DNA of 64,000 nt from Spirochaetota bacterium (lineage in GTDB: Bacteria; Spirochaetota; UBA4802; UB4802). The translations under genes and the position numbers were made by a program. The notes under the pieces were generated by a model, which ran no database searches, was not told where the DNA came from, and saw only the letters and a list, made by a program, of their open reading frames with translations. Each line of letters begins with the position of its first letter. Position 1 is the first letter of the stretch. This document shows, piece by piece, positions 1 through 9,175 of the stretch. The stretch is from positions 23,152-87,151 of the forward strand of contig DAOLVF010000001.1 in the NCBI GenBank assembly GCA_035420565.1, read 5' to 3'.

Positions 1-658
1 AGTTGATGGCAAATCACCAATAATAGTTTTTGCATTAGATAAATATCCCATTGGTGTTTTACAGGGTACAAGTCCAAATGCCTATTATATATTTGATATT
101 GATGGAGATGGTATACTAGACACAAAAACAGATAAGGGAATTGTTCCATTTTGGGTTGTCTATGCTAATTCAAAAAATAAATCAAAAAATGATAATATTA
201 CATCTATTTTTAATTTAGTATATGAAAGTTTTCAATCTGATGAAGGACCATATATAAATCAGAAATTCAAAGAATCAATTAACAAATTGTACGAATTTAA
301 TAAAAACATAAATATAGAAAATCGAGACTTAGCATATTTATTTTTGTTTTACCAATTATATAATCAATATTTTCCTGAACAGTCATTAAAGTGTTTAGAT
401 CTTTTAACAAAAGAATACATATCTAGATTTAATAAAATTCATCCCATTTTATTATTATATAAAGCTGAAACATTAATTAATCTTAAGCAAGAGCAAGATG
501 CAAAGAAAATTATTGCAGAGTTAAGAAAAGCAGATCCAAATTTCATACCTGCAAAAGCTTATGAATATAGACTAGAAGTTGATAAAGAAAAAGCCAAAAT
601 ATTATTAAATAATTTAAAGGAAAACCATAAAAATCACTGGATAGTGAAACAATTGTAA
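1..658 (+). CDS. 3' end of a gene that starts upstream of the window; hypothetical protein (C-terminal ~219 codons)
   Basis: The frame starting at position 2 is open with no stop all the way to the TAA at 656-658. The 123-aa ORF listed in the track is only the Met-initiated tail of this frame. No family motif recognised. Confidence 0.4.
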   Translation, partial: VDGKSPIIVFALDKYPIGVLQGTSPNAYYIFDIDGDGILDTKTDKGIVPFWVVYANSKNKSKNDNITSIFNLVYESFQSDEGPYINQKFKESINKLYEFNKNINIENRDLAYLFLFYQLYNQYFPEQSLKCLDLLTKEYISRFNKIHPILLLYKAETLINLKQEQDAKKIIAELRKADPNFIPAKAYEYRLEVDKEKAKILLNNLKENHKNHWIVKQL

Positions 659-871
659 AAACGGCGTATAACACAGCATATGCGTAATTGCCCTAAATTC
701 AAAACATAAAATATTTATTGACATAAAGATCAATCTATTAAATAAATTTAACGTGTTCCATGCTACTATGCATTATACTGGTAACATTATATGCAATGGC
801 AACATAACTTTGGCCGGGCGTCCGTGCCCGCCTTGTGGGGAATAAAATTTAACCTGCCGGAGGAGAATACC

Positions 872-2290
872 ATGAAACACGTAAATTTTTTTCTTTTAAT
901 TATTTTGGTTGTCGTAAATCTTACCGGTTGTAGTAATGATTTATTTCTTATTGATATTGGTAAATATGGGTATATTGATAAATCTGGTAAAATTGTAATC
1001 AATCCTCAATTTGAAGAAGCTTATGATTTTAGCAAGGAAGGTCTTGCTTTAGTCAAACTATCTGATAAATATGGGTATATTGATAAATCTGGTAAAATCG
1101 TAATCAATCCTCAATTTGAAAAAGCTTATAGTTTTGGTGAAGAAGGGCTTGCTGTAGTTATGCTGAATAAAAAATATGGATATATTGATAAATCTGGTAA
1201 AATTGTAATCAATCCTCAATTTGAAAAAGCTTATGATTTTAGCAAGGAAGGGCTTGCAGCAGTTAAAATAAACCAAAAATGGGGATATATTGATAAATCG
1301 GGTAAAATTGTAATCAATCCTCAATTTGAAGATGCTTATAGTTTTGGTAAAGAAGGGCTTGCAGCAGTTAAAATAAACCAAAAATGGGGATATATTGATA
1401 AATCGGGTAAAATTGTAATCAATCCTCAATTTGAAGATGCTTATAGTTTTAAGGAAGGTCTTGCTTTAGTCAAACTATCTGATAAATATGGGTATATTGA
1501 TAAATCTGGTAAAATCGTAATCAATCCTCAATTTGAAGATGCTTATAGTTTTGGTGAAGAAGGGCTTGCTAGAGTCAAACTATCTGATAAATATGGATAT
1601 ATTGATAAATCTGGTAAAATCGTAATCAATCCTCAATTTGAAGATGCTTATAGTTTTGGTGAAGAAGGGCTTGCTATAGTCAAACTATCTGATAAATATG
1701 GATATATTGATAAATCTGGTAAAATTGTAATCAATCCTCAATTTGAAGATGCTTATGATTTTGGTGAAGAAGGGCTTGCTCTAGTCAAATTATCTGATAA
1801 ATATGGATATATTGATAAATCTGGTAAAATTGTAATAGATACACAGTTTTATTATGCAGAAGAATTTAAAAATGGTTTAGCACTGGTAGGTGGTGAAAAA
1901 TATGGTTATATCAACAAATCTGGAAAATATGTATGGTCATATGATAAAGGAGCAGATATTTATTTAGGCAAAGACATTGTTGGTTGGCACATAACTAAAA
2001 AAACAGATATTTTTAATAGCGATGATTATTTTATAATGATACTAGATAATCATTATAAGTTTATTGGTGTTACAAAAATAGAATTACGAATAAGTGTTGT
2101 AAAAGATGCTGGTGTTGAACAACCATTCCGTATAATTTCATATCCAATTGATTCAAGAGCCCCTATGTGGGGGTTTAATAAAAAAAGTATTACAGCTGGA
2201 GCTTTTGTCGGTAATAGAAAAGGTAAATTTGAATTATTGATAGTTGGAGATAATAAAACCTTAGCTTCTAAAATTTTTGAGGTCAGATAA
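872..2290 (+). CDS. WG-repeat (KWG/KYG) lipoprotein
   Basis: ATG at 872 is preceded by AGGAGAA (862-868). The N-terminus MKHVNFFLLIILVVVNLTGC is a lipoprotein signal with an LTGC lipobox. Eight or more 35-aa repeats of the form K[YW]GYIDKSGKIVINPQFE.AY.F..EGLA.VK are typical of the WG-containing-repeat family. A distinct ~130-aa C-terminal domain follows. The 791 ATG in the track is probably upstream leader. Confidence 0.7.
   Translation: MKHVNFFLLIILVVVNLTGCSNDLFLIDIGKYGYIDKSGKIVINPQFEEAYDFSKEGLALVKLSDKYGYIDKSGKIVINPQFEKAYSFGEEGLAVVMLNKKYGYIDKSGKIVINPQFEKAYDFSKEGLAAVKINQKWGYIDKSGKIVINPQFEDAYSFGKEGLAAVKINQKWGYIDKSGKIVINPQFEDAYSFKEGLALVKLSDKYGYIDKSGKIVINPQFEDAYSFGEEGLARVKLSDKYGYIDKSGKIVINPQFEDAYSFGEEGLAIVKLSDKYGYIDKSGKIVINPQFEDAYDFGEEGLALVKLSDKYGYIDKSGKIVIDTQFYYAEEFKNGLALVGGEKYGYINKSGKYVWSYDKGADIYLGKDIVGWHITKKTDIFNSDDYFIMILDNHYKFIGVTKIELRISVVKDAGVEQPFRIISYPIDSRAPMWGFNKKSITAGAFVGNRKGKFELLIVGDNKTLASKIFEVR
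962..1798 (+). repeat. Eight tandem 105-bp (one 102-bp) near-identical coding repeats inside the WG-repeat lipoprotein gene
   Basis: Unit starts were read directly at 962, 1067, 1172, 1277, 1382, 1484, 1589 and 1694. Two degenerate units follow from 1799. The opposite-strand ORF 1058..1429 is a by-product of the repeats. Confidence 0.85.
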
Positions 2291-2514
2291 AATATTAAAT
2301 TTATTACTTGCTTTTCGCCGTCATGGCTCAAAGCAAAAAAGTCTTGATGTTTTGCCACTGCGTACAACAAAGCTTATGTGCTGCGCTTACTGTCGTTCGC
2401 TTGGGCTTCGCCACATTTTAACCTTCGCTATCGCTACGGCAAAAACGTCGCATACGCCGGTAACGTTGGGCATGATTTTTGAATAATTTCATTGAACTCG
2501 GGGAGGTTATATCT

Positions 2515-2781
2515 ATGCTACTTCCTGATCCACAAACATGTATTAATAAAATTAATGATTTCAACCATGGAATCACTCAACAAAGAACTGCTCGTGATAA
2601 TTGTGATTATATAACACTATTCCAATTGATTGTAAATAATATTTCTAATAATAATTCAATACCAATTTCATGCAATTTAATTAGAATGCTTGGTTTATTT
2701 CAAGCCTATAGAAATCAGCCAGCCCAAAAAAATTTAAATTTTATTAGTAATTTATTAAATGAATTAGGTTCATCATACTAA
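2515..2781 (+). CDS. small hypothetical protein (88 aa)
   Basis: The track ORF begins with TTG at 2479. An internal ATG at 2515 sits 8 nt after a strong GGGGAGG (2500-2506). No recognisable motif. Confidence 0.35.
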   Translation: MLLPDPQTCINKINDFNHGITQQRTARDNCDYITLFQLIVNNISNNNSIPISCNLIRMLGLFQAYRNQPAQKNLNFISNLLNELGSSY

Positions 2782-2916
2782 ATAATCGATACTATTTACT
2801 TTACCACTGACTATTTTCACAATTACAGTCCTGCTACAGCTACATTATATAGAATAGTTTACAAATGACATATATATTATACTATAATAATCATCCTTAC
2901 TATCAGGAGATCTATA

Positions 2917-5505
2917 ATGGATACTATAAATAAAGCAAGCACCGGACTCCCATGCTTAGACAAAATTGTAAACAACCTCATTATGGGTGATAATGTAGTG
3001 TGGCAGGTTGATACCATTGCTGATTATAAAACATTTGTTGATCCTTTTGTTTCAAAGGCACTTTCAGAAGGTAGAAATTTGAATTATATCCGCTTTGCAG
3101 AGTTTCCTCCCCTCCTCTTTGAACAGCCGGGAATAAAAATACATTATCTCAATGCACATGAGGGCTTTGAAAGCTTTTCAAAACGAATTTATACCATTAT
3201 TAACAGGGAAGGTGAGAATGCATATTATATATTTGATAGTCTTTCTGAACTTCAATCAGCATGGGCAACCGATCTCATGATAGGGAATTTCTTTGTCATT
3301 ACATGCCCATATCTTTATGAATTAAACGCTGTTGCATATTTTTCTTTATTGCGCAATAGCCACTCATTTAAAACAATAGCTCGTATTCGCGATACCACAC
3401 AATTACTCATTGATGTATACACATGCAATGGCGATTGCTACATACATCCCCTGAAGGTTCAAAATCGCTATTCCCCAACCATGTTCTTCCCTCACAAAAA
3501 AAATGCAGACTATTTTACTGCAATTACCCGAAGTGATGATGTCACCACATTCATATCCCATATACAGCAAACAAGCTTAGAAAAAACACAAAGGAACCTT
3601 GATTTCTGGGATAGGCTTTTTCTTAAAGCTGAAATGTTACTAGAATTAAACGAGGACCCCACCAAAAAACAACAGATGATTGAACAGCTATGCAAGGTAA
3701 TAATTGGACGGGAGGAGCGTTTACTTACCTTAGCCGCCAATATCTTTACCCTGGAGGACCTTATTGCAATCAAAAACAGAATGATTGGGACAGGTCATAT
3801 AGGTGGAAAAGCAGCGGGTATGCTCATTGCCCGCCGTATTTTACATAGTGATAACAGAATGCAATGGAATGATATTGTAGAACCCCATGACTCATTTTAC
3901 ATAGGTTCAGATGTTTTCTATACCTATATTGTTCAAAACGGGTGGTGGAAGTTATTCATGGAACAAAAAACTCAAGAAGGATACTTCACTGTAGCAAAAG
4001 AAATTGCTCAACAAATGTTGCATGGCATTTTTACCGATGACATCAAGGAGCAATTTCAGCAGATGATTGAATATTTTGGACAATCTCCCATTATTGTCCG
4101 TTCATCAAGCCTTCTGGAAGATTCTTTTGGTAATGCATTTGCTGGAAAATATGAAAGTATATTTCTTGTTAATCAGGGTTCTCCCGCTCAACGGTATCAA
4201 GCTTTTATTGATGCAGTACGTCAAATTTATTCCAGCACCATGAATGAAGATGCACTTGTGTACCGGCTCCAGCGAGGGCTTCATACAATGAACGAACAGA
4301 TGGCACCTCTGGTACAACGGGTATCCGGCACTCACCGTGGCAATTATTTCTTTCCTGATATAAGTGGTGTAGGATTTTCACATAATACCTATGTATGGAA
4401 AAAAGAGATGAAACCTGAATCAGGGATGATCCGTCTTGTTATTGGTCTTGGTACACGAGCTGTCAACCGTGTTGAAGGTGATTATCCTCGCATAGTTGCT
4501 CTTGACGATCCACGCTCCAAACCCCTTTATGATTTTAAAGACGTACGGCGATTTTCACAACACAATGTAGATGTTCTTAACATAACAACCAATCAAGTAG
4601 AAACCATACAGATGGACGATCTATTCAACATTCAAGATCTCAATCTTCCAATGCACCTTTTAGGAATAAGGGATTATGAAGCTGAACAAACTATTAAAAA
4701 TATGAATGGCGAACAAAAAGAATATTGGGTCGTTACTTTTGATGAACTATTAATGCACACTGATTTTACCAGTAACATTAAAACAATCTTACAAACTATC
4801 CATAATAGATATCAATACCCTGTCGATATTGAGTTTACCGTAAATTTTAATAAAGAAGAGGGGTATTACATCAACATATTGCAATGCAGGCCCAATCAGA
4901 TAAAAGGATTGGGAAAAAAAGTGAAATTACCTGAAGATATACCCGGCGATCATATCTTTTTTACCTCCCGGGGTAACTTCCTGGGGGGCAGTATAGTTCA
5001 GCCTATCAAGCGAATAATCTATGTAGATCCGTATCTGTATAACTCACTTTCAATTTCCCAAAAATATGATGTGGCACGCACTGTAGGCAAATTAAACAAG
5101 GCAATACAAGATCGTGAAGAAATGCCAGCATTGCTCATTGGGCCGGGAAGATGGGGCACAACTACACCTTCATTAGGTGTTCCTGTTAGATTCGCTGAGA
5201 TAAATAACATTAAAGTACTGGTTGAACTTGCGTTGATCAACGAAAATATAATGCCTGAACTTTCATTTGGGACTCATTTTTTTCAGGATCTGGTAGAAAC
5301 CGATATTTTTTATGTAGCATTATTTTATGGTATAAGCAATGTTCTTTATCATCAAAACTTTCTTGAGCAATTCCCCGATATTTTTACCAAACTTCTACCT
5401 GATTCTCAATATAATCACGTTATCCAAGTTTTTGATCTAAAAGAACACGATGTAGAACTTATGGCTGATATCACCACCCAGAAAGTACTATGTTTTATGA
5501 GTTAA
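2917..5505 (+). CDS. PEP/pyruvate-binding (PPDK_N / ATP-grasp type) domain protein, 862 aa
   Basis: CAGGAG lies before the ATG at 2917. The central motif IGTGHIGGKAAGMLIARRIL resembles the GGK(A/G)A nucleotide-binding signature of PEP synthase / pyruvate phosphate dikinase N-domains. No TSHAAI-type phosphohistidine motif was seen. Confidence 0.6.
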   Translation: MDTINKASTGLPCLDKIVNNLIMGDNVVWQVDTIADYKTFVDPFVSKALSEGRNLNYIRFAEFPPLLFEQPGIKIHYLNAHEGFESFSKRIYTIINREGENAYYIFDSLSELQSAWATDLMIGNFFVITCPYLYELNAVAYFSLLRNSHSFKTIARIRDTTQLLIDVYTCNGDCYIHPLKVQNRYSPTMFFPHKKNADYFTAITRSDDVTTFISHIQQTSLEKTQRNLDFWDRLFLKAEMLLELNEDPTKKQQMIEQLCKVIIGREERLLTLAANIFTLEDLIAIKNRMIGTGHIGGKAAGMLIARRILHSDNRMQWNDIVEPHDSFYIGSDVFYTYIVQNGWWKLFMEQKTQEGYFTVAKEIAQQMLHGIFTDDIKEQFQQMIEYFGQSPIIVRSSSLLEDSFGNAFAGKYESIFLVNQGSPAQRYQAFIDAVRQIYSSTMNEDALVYRLQRGLHTMNEQMAPLVQRVSGTHRGNYFFPDISGVGFSHNTYVWKKEMKPESGMIRLVIGLGTRAVNRVEGDYPRIVALDDPRSKPLYDFKDVRRFSQHNVDVLNITTNQVETIQMDDLFNIQDLNLPMHLLGIRDYEAEQTIKNMNGEQKEYWVVTFDELLMHTDFTSNIKTILQTIHNRYQYPVDIEFTVNFNKEEGYYINILQCRPNQIKGLGKKVKLPEDIPGDHIFFTSRGNFLGGSIVQPIKRIIYVDPYLYNSLSISQKYDVARTVGKLNKAIQDREEMPALLIGPGRWGTTTPSLGVPVRFAEINNIKVLVELALINENIMPELSFGTHFFQDLVETDIFYVALFYGISNVLYHQNFLEQFPDIFTKLLPDSQYNHVIQVFDLKEHDVELMADITTQKVLCFMS

Positions 5506-5744
5506 ACTAATACCATTTTCATACTATTGTTTAGCTAAAAACGCTTGATTATATTTCTATTAGCCTCATGTCAACTGTACTGTCACCAACCATTTTTTTT
5601 AATAAACATCATGTTATAAAAAAATATTATTGACAATTATATCAATTGTTTAGTGTGTTCATTTCCATATATTTGGCATGTTTTGATGATTCATCATTAT
5701 CTATAAGCAATGGTTATCTTTAATATCATACAGGAGGCATTACA

Positions 5745-7103
5745 ATGTCAGTAATATCAGAAGTAATAGACAAGGTTAAAAGGCAGGATTCAGAGCAAAA
5801 AGAATTTATTCAAGCAGTTCATGAGGTTCTGGAAACACTTGAACCAACTGTTCAAAAACATCCCGAATTTGTGAAGGCAAAAATCTATGAACGAATTGTT
5901 GAACCAGATAGAGTAATTATATTTAGAGTACCATGGGTTGATGATAATGGTAATGTCCATGTTAATAGAGGTTTCCGCGTTCAGTTTAACAACGCCATAG
6001 GACCATATAAAGGTGGTTTGCGATTCCACCCTTCAGTCAATTTGGGGATTATAAAATTCCTTGGATTTGAACAAATATTTAAAAACTCCCTTACAACGCT
6101 ACCTATGGGTGGCGCAAAAGGGGGATCTGATTTTGACCCAAAAGGAAAATCAGATATGGATGTCATGCGTTTTTGCCAGTCTTTCATGCGCGAACTATAC
6201 CGACATATTGGTCCTGACACTGATGTACCAGCAGGTGATATTGGTGTAGGAGCCCGTGAAATAGGATTTATGTTTGGCTATTATAAAAAAATACGGAATG
6301 ATCATACTGGAGTGTTAACCGGGAAAGGGCTTGAATATGGCGGAAGCTTGCTTAGACCAGAAGCAACAGGATATGGTGCAACCTATTTTGCAGCAGAGAT
6401 GTTAAAAACTGTTGGAAAAGAAATTAAAGGAATGACTGTAGCCGTCAGTGGCTCCGGCAATGTAGCACAGTATACCATAGAAAAGGTTACACAACTTGGC
6501 GGAAAGGTTATTTCATGCAGCGATTCAAATGGAACAATCATTGATGAAGAAGGCATAACTCCAGATAAATTAGCATTTCTCATGGAATTGAAGAATGTTC
6601 GCCGCGGTCGTGTTAAAGAATATGCCGAAAAATATAAAAATGCTCATTATTTTGAAGGTAAATCAGTGTGGGATGTTATTAAAGAGCAGGGTATCAAAAT
6701 TAGTGTGGCATTCCCTTCAGCAACAGAAAATGAAATAGATGGTATCCATGCCCAAGCACTTATCAAAAATGGATGTATCTGTATATCAGAAGGAGCAAAT
6801 ATGCCTTCAAACCTGGATGCCATTAAGATCTACAGGGAGCATAATATCCTCTTTGCACCTGGCAAAGCAGCAAATGCTGGCGGTGTTGCTACATCTGGAT
6901 TGGAGATGTCTCAAAATAGCTTACGGTTATCATGGACACGAGAAGAGGTTGATAATCGACTACAGATTATCATGAAAAGCATTCACAAAAGTTGTCTGGA
7001 TGCCTCAGAAGCTTATGGCAAAAAAGGGGATTATCTCACCGGTGCAAACATTGCAGGCTTCTTAAAGGTTGCCAAAGCAATGGTAGCCTATGGCATAGTA
7101 TAA
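5745..7103 (+). CDS. gdhA: NADP-specific glutamate dehydrogenase
   Basis: AGGAGG precedes the ATG. The GDH family signature KGGLRFHPSVN...LPMGGAKGGSDFDPKGKSD...GPDTDVPAGDIGVG is present. Confidence 0.92.
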   Translation: MSVISEVIDKVKRQDSEQKEFIQAVHEVLETLEPTVQKHPEFVKAKIYERIVEPDRVIIFRVPWVDDNGNVHVNRGFRVQFNNAIGPYKGGLRFHPSVNLGIIKFLGFEQIFKNSLTTLPMGGAKGGSDFDPKGKSDMDVMRFCQSFMRELYRHIGPDTDVPAGDIGVGAREIGFMFGYYKKIRNDHTGVLTGKGLEYGGSLLRPEATGYGATYFAAEMLKTVGKEIKGMTVAVSGSGNVAQYTIEKVTQLGGKVISCSDSNGTIIDEEGITPDKLAFLMELKNVRRGRVKEYAEKYKNAHYFEGKSVWDVIKEQGIKISVAFPSATENEIDGIHAQALIKNGCICISEGANMPSNLDAIKIYREHNILFAPGKAANAGGVATSGLEMSQNSLRLSWTREEVDNRLQIIMKSIHKSCLDASEAYGKKGDYLTGANIAGFLKVAKAMVAYGIV

Positions 7104-7124
7104 ACACTGTCCTATAAAAACAAA

Positions 7125-7149
7125 TAGAGCAGGATACAACCCTGCTCTA
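7125..7149. terminator. hairpin TAGAGCAGG-ATACAAC-CCTGCTCTA between convergent gdhA and the acyl-CoA synthetase
   Basis: The stem is 9 bp. The minus-strand side is followed by TTTGTTTTTAT and the plus-strand side by an A/T-rich run. It is probably a bidirectional terminator. Confidence 0.5.
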
Positions 7150-7172
7150 TTAAAATAAAAATAATAATATTT

Positions 7173-9083
7173 TTATGCGTACATTTTATTAATTTCATCT
7201 TTAAACACTTCAACTATCACCCGCTTTTTAGTTTTTTGAGTTGGTGTTAGCATCCCATTAGATTCAGTAAACCGCTGATTCAAAATGGTATAATTCTTAA
7301 TCTGTTCAAACTTTTCCAGATGTTTATTTGCTTCTTTTACATCGTTATCAATCAATTCTTTTAAGCGATAGTTGTTAATGAAATCATCCCCAACCTGTAC
7401 GCAAAGCTGCATGCCACCAACATCTTCATATACCAGTTTCGACTCATCATATGTAATACCTTCTCGCTTAAACAGCGCCATGAAGTTGGCAAAATTTGGT
7501 ACAATTAAGGCAGTAATAAATGGCTTTTCATCACCTACAAGAAATATTTGTTCTACCCAGTTACTTGTAGAAAATAAATTCTCAATCTTGGCAGGTGCAA
7601 CATTTTTCCCAATAGAGGTACAGATTATCCCTTTTTTCCGCTCAATGAATTTAAAATAACCATCGCTTGATAATTCTACAATATCCCCTGTCTTAAACCA
7701 ACCATCTTTGGTAAAAGTTTCTTTCGTTTCTTTTGGTTTATTGAGATAGCCTTTGAAAATACCAGCACCTGAAAGTTCCAGTTCACCGTCTTTTGAAACA
7801 CGGCATTTGCTCCCATTTGCCTCTTTTCCCATATACCCTGGTTTACATGCTGTTATTGGATTGAGTATCGCAGCATTGAAACTTTCTGTTGAACCATACC
7901 CTTCTATGACTGCCAATCCCAGCGCATAGTAAAATCGCAAAAGATCAGGCGAAATTGCAGCACTTGCCGAAAATGAATGATGGAATCTTTTACCAAACAA
8001 ACCACGCACCTTTGCAAAAATTTTATCAGCAATGGAATATTGAATCTTAAGCCATAGTGGCAGCCTGGACTTTAGATCAAAATTCGGATGCATATTATAA
8101 CACCCATTTTCATCCTCACGATATTTCAAAGCCTGTAATCCTACATTCAATGCCCAATTAAATAATTTTTTTTGTAAAGGGTTCTCAGCCATCTGCTGCT
8201 GCATGGTTATATATATTTTTTCATACAGCCGTGGAACACAATTAATCCATGTTGGATTGTACTTTTGCATATCCTCAATAAGGGTTGCTGGCTTGTCGGC
8301 ATAACATATTAACGACCCTTTACTGATAGCCAGCCATTGACATGAACCGCGGTCAAAAACATGCGAAAGTGGAAGATAACACAGTGTAACATCATTCTCA
8401 TTAACATCAAAATTATACCTTTGAAAATATTCCGTTGTTCCCTCCAACCGTGATGAACCACACCAATGGGTTAAAATAACACCCTTCCCCTGTCCTGTTG
8501 TACCCGATGTATAAAGAATAGTAAACCAATCATCTAATGTTACACTATCTTTGCGTTTATTATATTTTTTATAATTTGCCTGATTATTTCGCCATTCCCG
8601 TCCCATGGCAATACAATCTTTAATACCGAATACCTTCTTTTTATCACCCTTAAATGACATATCCATCACTATTATTGTTTTAAGGCTTTTCAAATCTTTT
8701 TCTAGTTCCTTAACCTGTTTAAGAAGTGTTTTATCGCCAACAAAAACAATAGTACATCTGGAATCATTCATAATATATTTAACTTCATTATTTGAAAGCG
8801 TAGGAAAAATTGTAATACTTGCACCACCTGCACATGCAATTGCGATATCAACCTGTGTCCACATATAGCTTGTTGGAGCTAAAATAGCAGCTCGCCCTTT
8901 ATAAGGAAAACCTAATTTCATTAATGCACATGCAATATCCTCAATCCGTTCTTTAAGTTCAGCATAAGTAAATAGCCCGTTGTTATCATCATACAGCTCT
9001 TTATTAAACTTTTGTGCTGGCCTGTCCGGTAACCTATCACATGTATCATAAAAATACCGGACCATTGTTTTCAGTTCGCCCAT
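7173..9083 (-). CDS. long-chain fatty-acid--CoA ligase (AMP-dependent synthetase)
   Basis: AMP-binding motif ILYTSGTTGQGKGVILTH. AAGGGGG precedes the ATG. It is a paralog of 15252..17138. Confidence 0.85.
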   Translation of the reverse strand: MGELKTMVRYFYDTCDRLPDRPAQKFNKELYDDNNGLFTYAELKERIEDIACALMKLGFPYKGRAAILAPTSYMWTQVDIAIACAGGASITIFPTLSNNEVKYIMNDSRCTIVFVGDKTLLKQVKELEKDLKSLKTIIVMDMSFKGDKKKVFGIKDCIAMGREWRNNQANYKKYNKRKDSVTLDDWFTILYTSGTTGQGKGVILTHWCGSSRLEGTTEYFQRYNFDVNENDVTLCYLPLSHVFDRGSCQWLAISKGSLICYADKPATLIEDMQKYNPTWINCVPRLYEKIYITMQQQMAENPLQKKLFNWALNVGLQALKYREDENGCYNMHPNFDLKSRLPLWLKIQYSIADKIFAKVRGLFGKRFHHSFSASAAISPDLLRFYYALGLAVIEGYGSTESFNAAILNPITACKPGYMGKEANGSKCRVSKDGELELSGAGIFKGYLNKPKETKETFTKDGWFKTGDIVELSSDGYFKFIERKKGIICTSIGKNVAPAKIENLFSTSNWVEQIFLVGDEKPFITALIVPNFANFMALFKREGITYDESKLVYEDVGGMQLCVQVGDDFINNYRLKELIDNDVKEANKHLEKFEQIKNYTILNQRFTESNGMLTPTQKTKKRVIVEVFKDEINKMYA

Positions 9084-9175
9084 AATGCCCCCTTGAATAT
9101 ATTAATTATAATATACATATTTATATATCACGACCAGATGGTATTTCAAAAATTAATGACAAATTAAAAAATATG

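Noticed and set aside
1058-1429. 123-aa minus-strand ORF with its own internal repeats
   Set aside because: It lies wholly inside the 105-bp tandem repeats of the WG-repeat gene. Its repetitiveness mirrors the sense strand, so it is an antisense by-product.
962-1798. Regular repeats considered as a CRISPR array
   Set aside because: The units are 105 bp and contiguous with no spacers. They are in frame within a lipoprotein gene. They are protein repeats.
2300-2475. GC-rich island considered as a tmRNA or other known RNA gene
   Set aside because: No tRNA-like acceptor/T-arm and no plausible tag reading frame ending in a hydrophobic tail were found on either strand. It is kept only as an unexplained structured segment.
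5630-5744. TTGACA and a TGGCAT-like element upstream of gdhA, considered as sigma70 or sigma54 promoters
   Set aside because: No acceptable -10 element sits at 15-19 bp from TTGACA. The TGGCA element lacks the TTGC at the -12 position. No promoter call was made.
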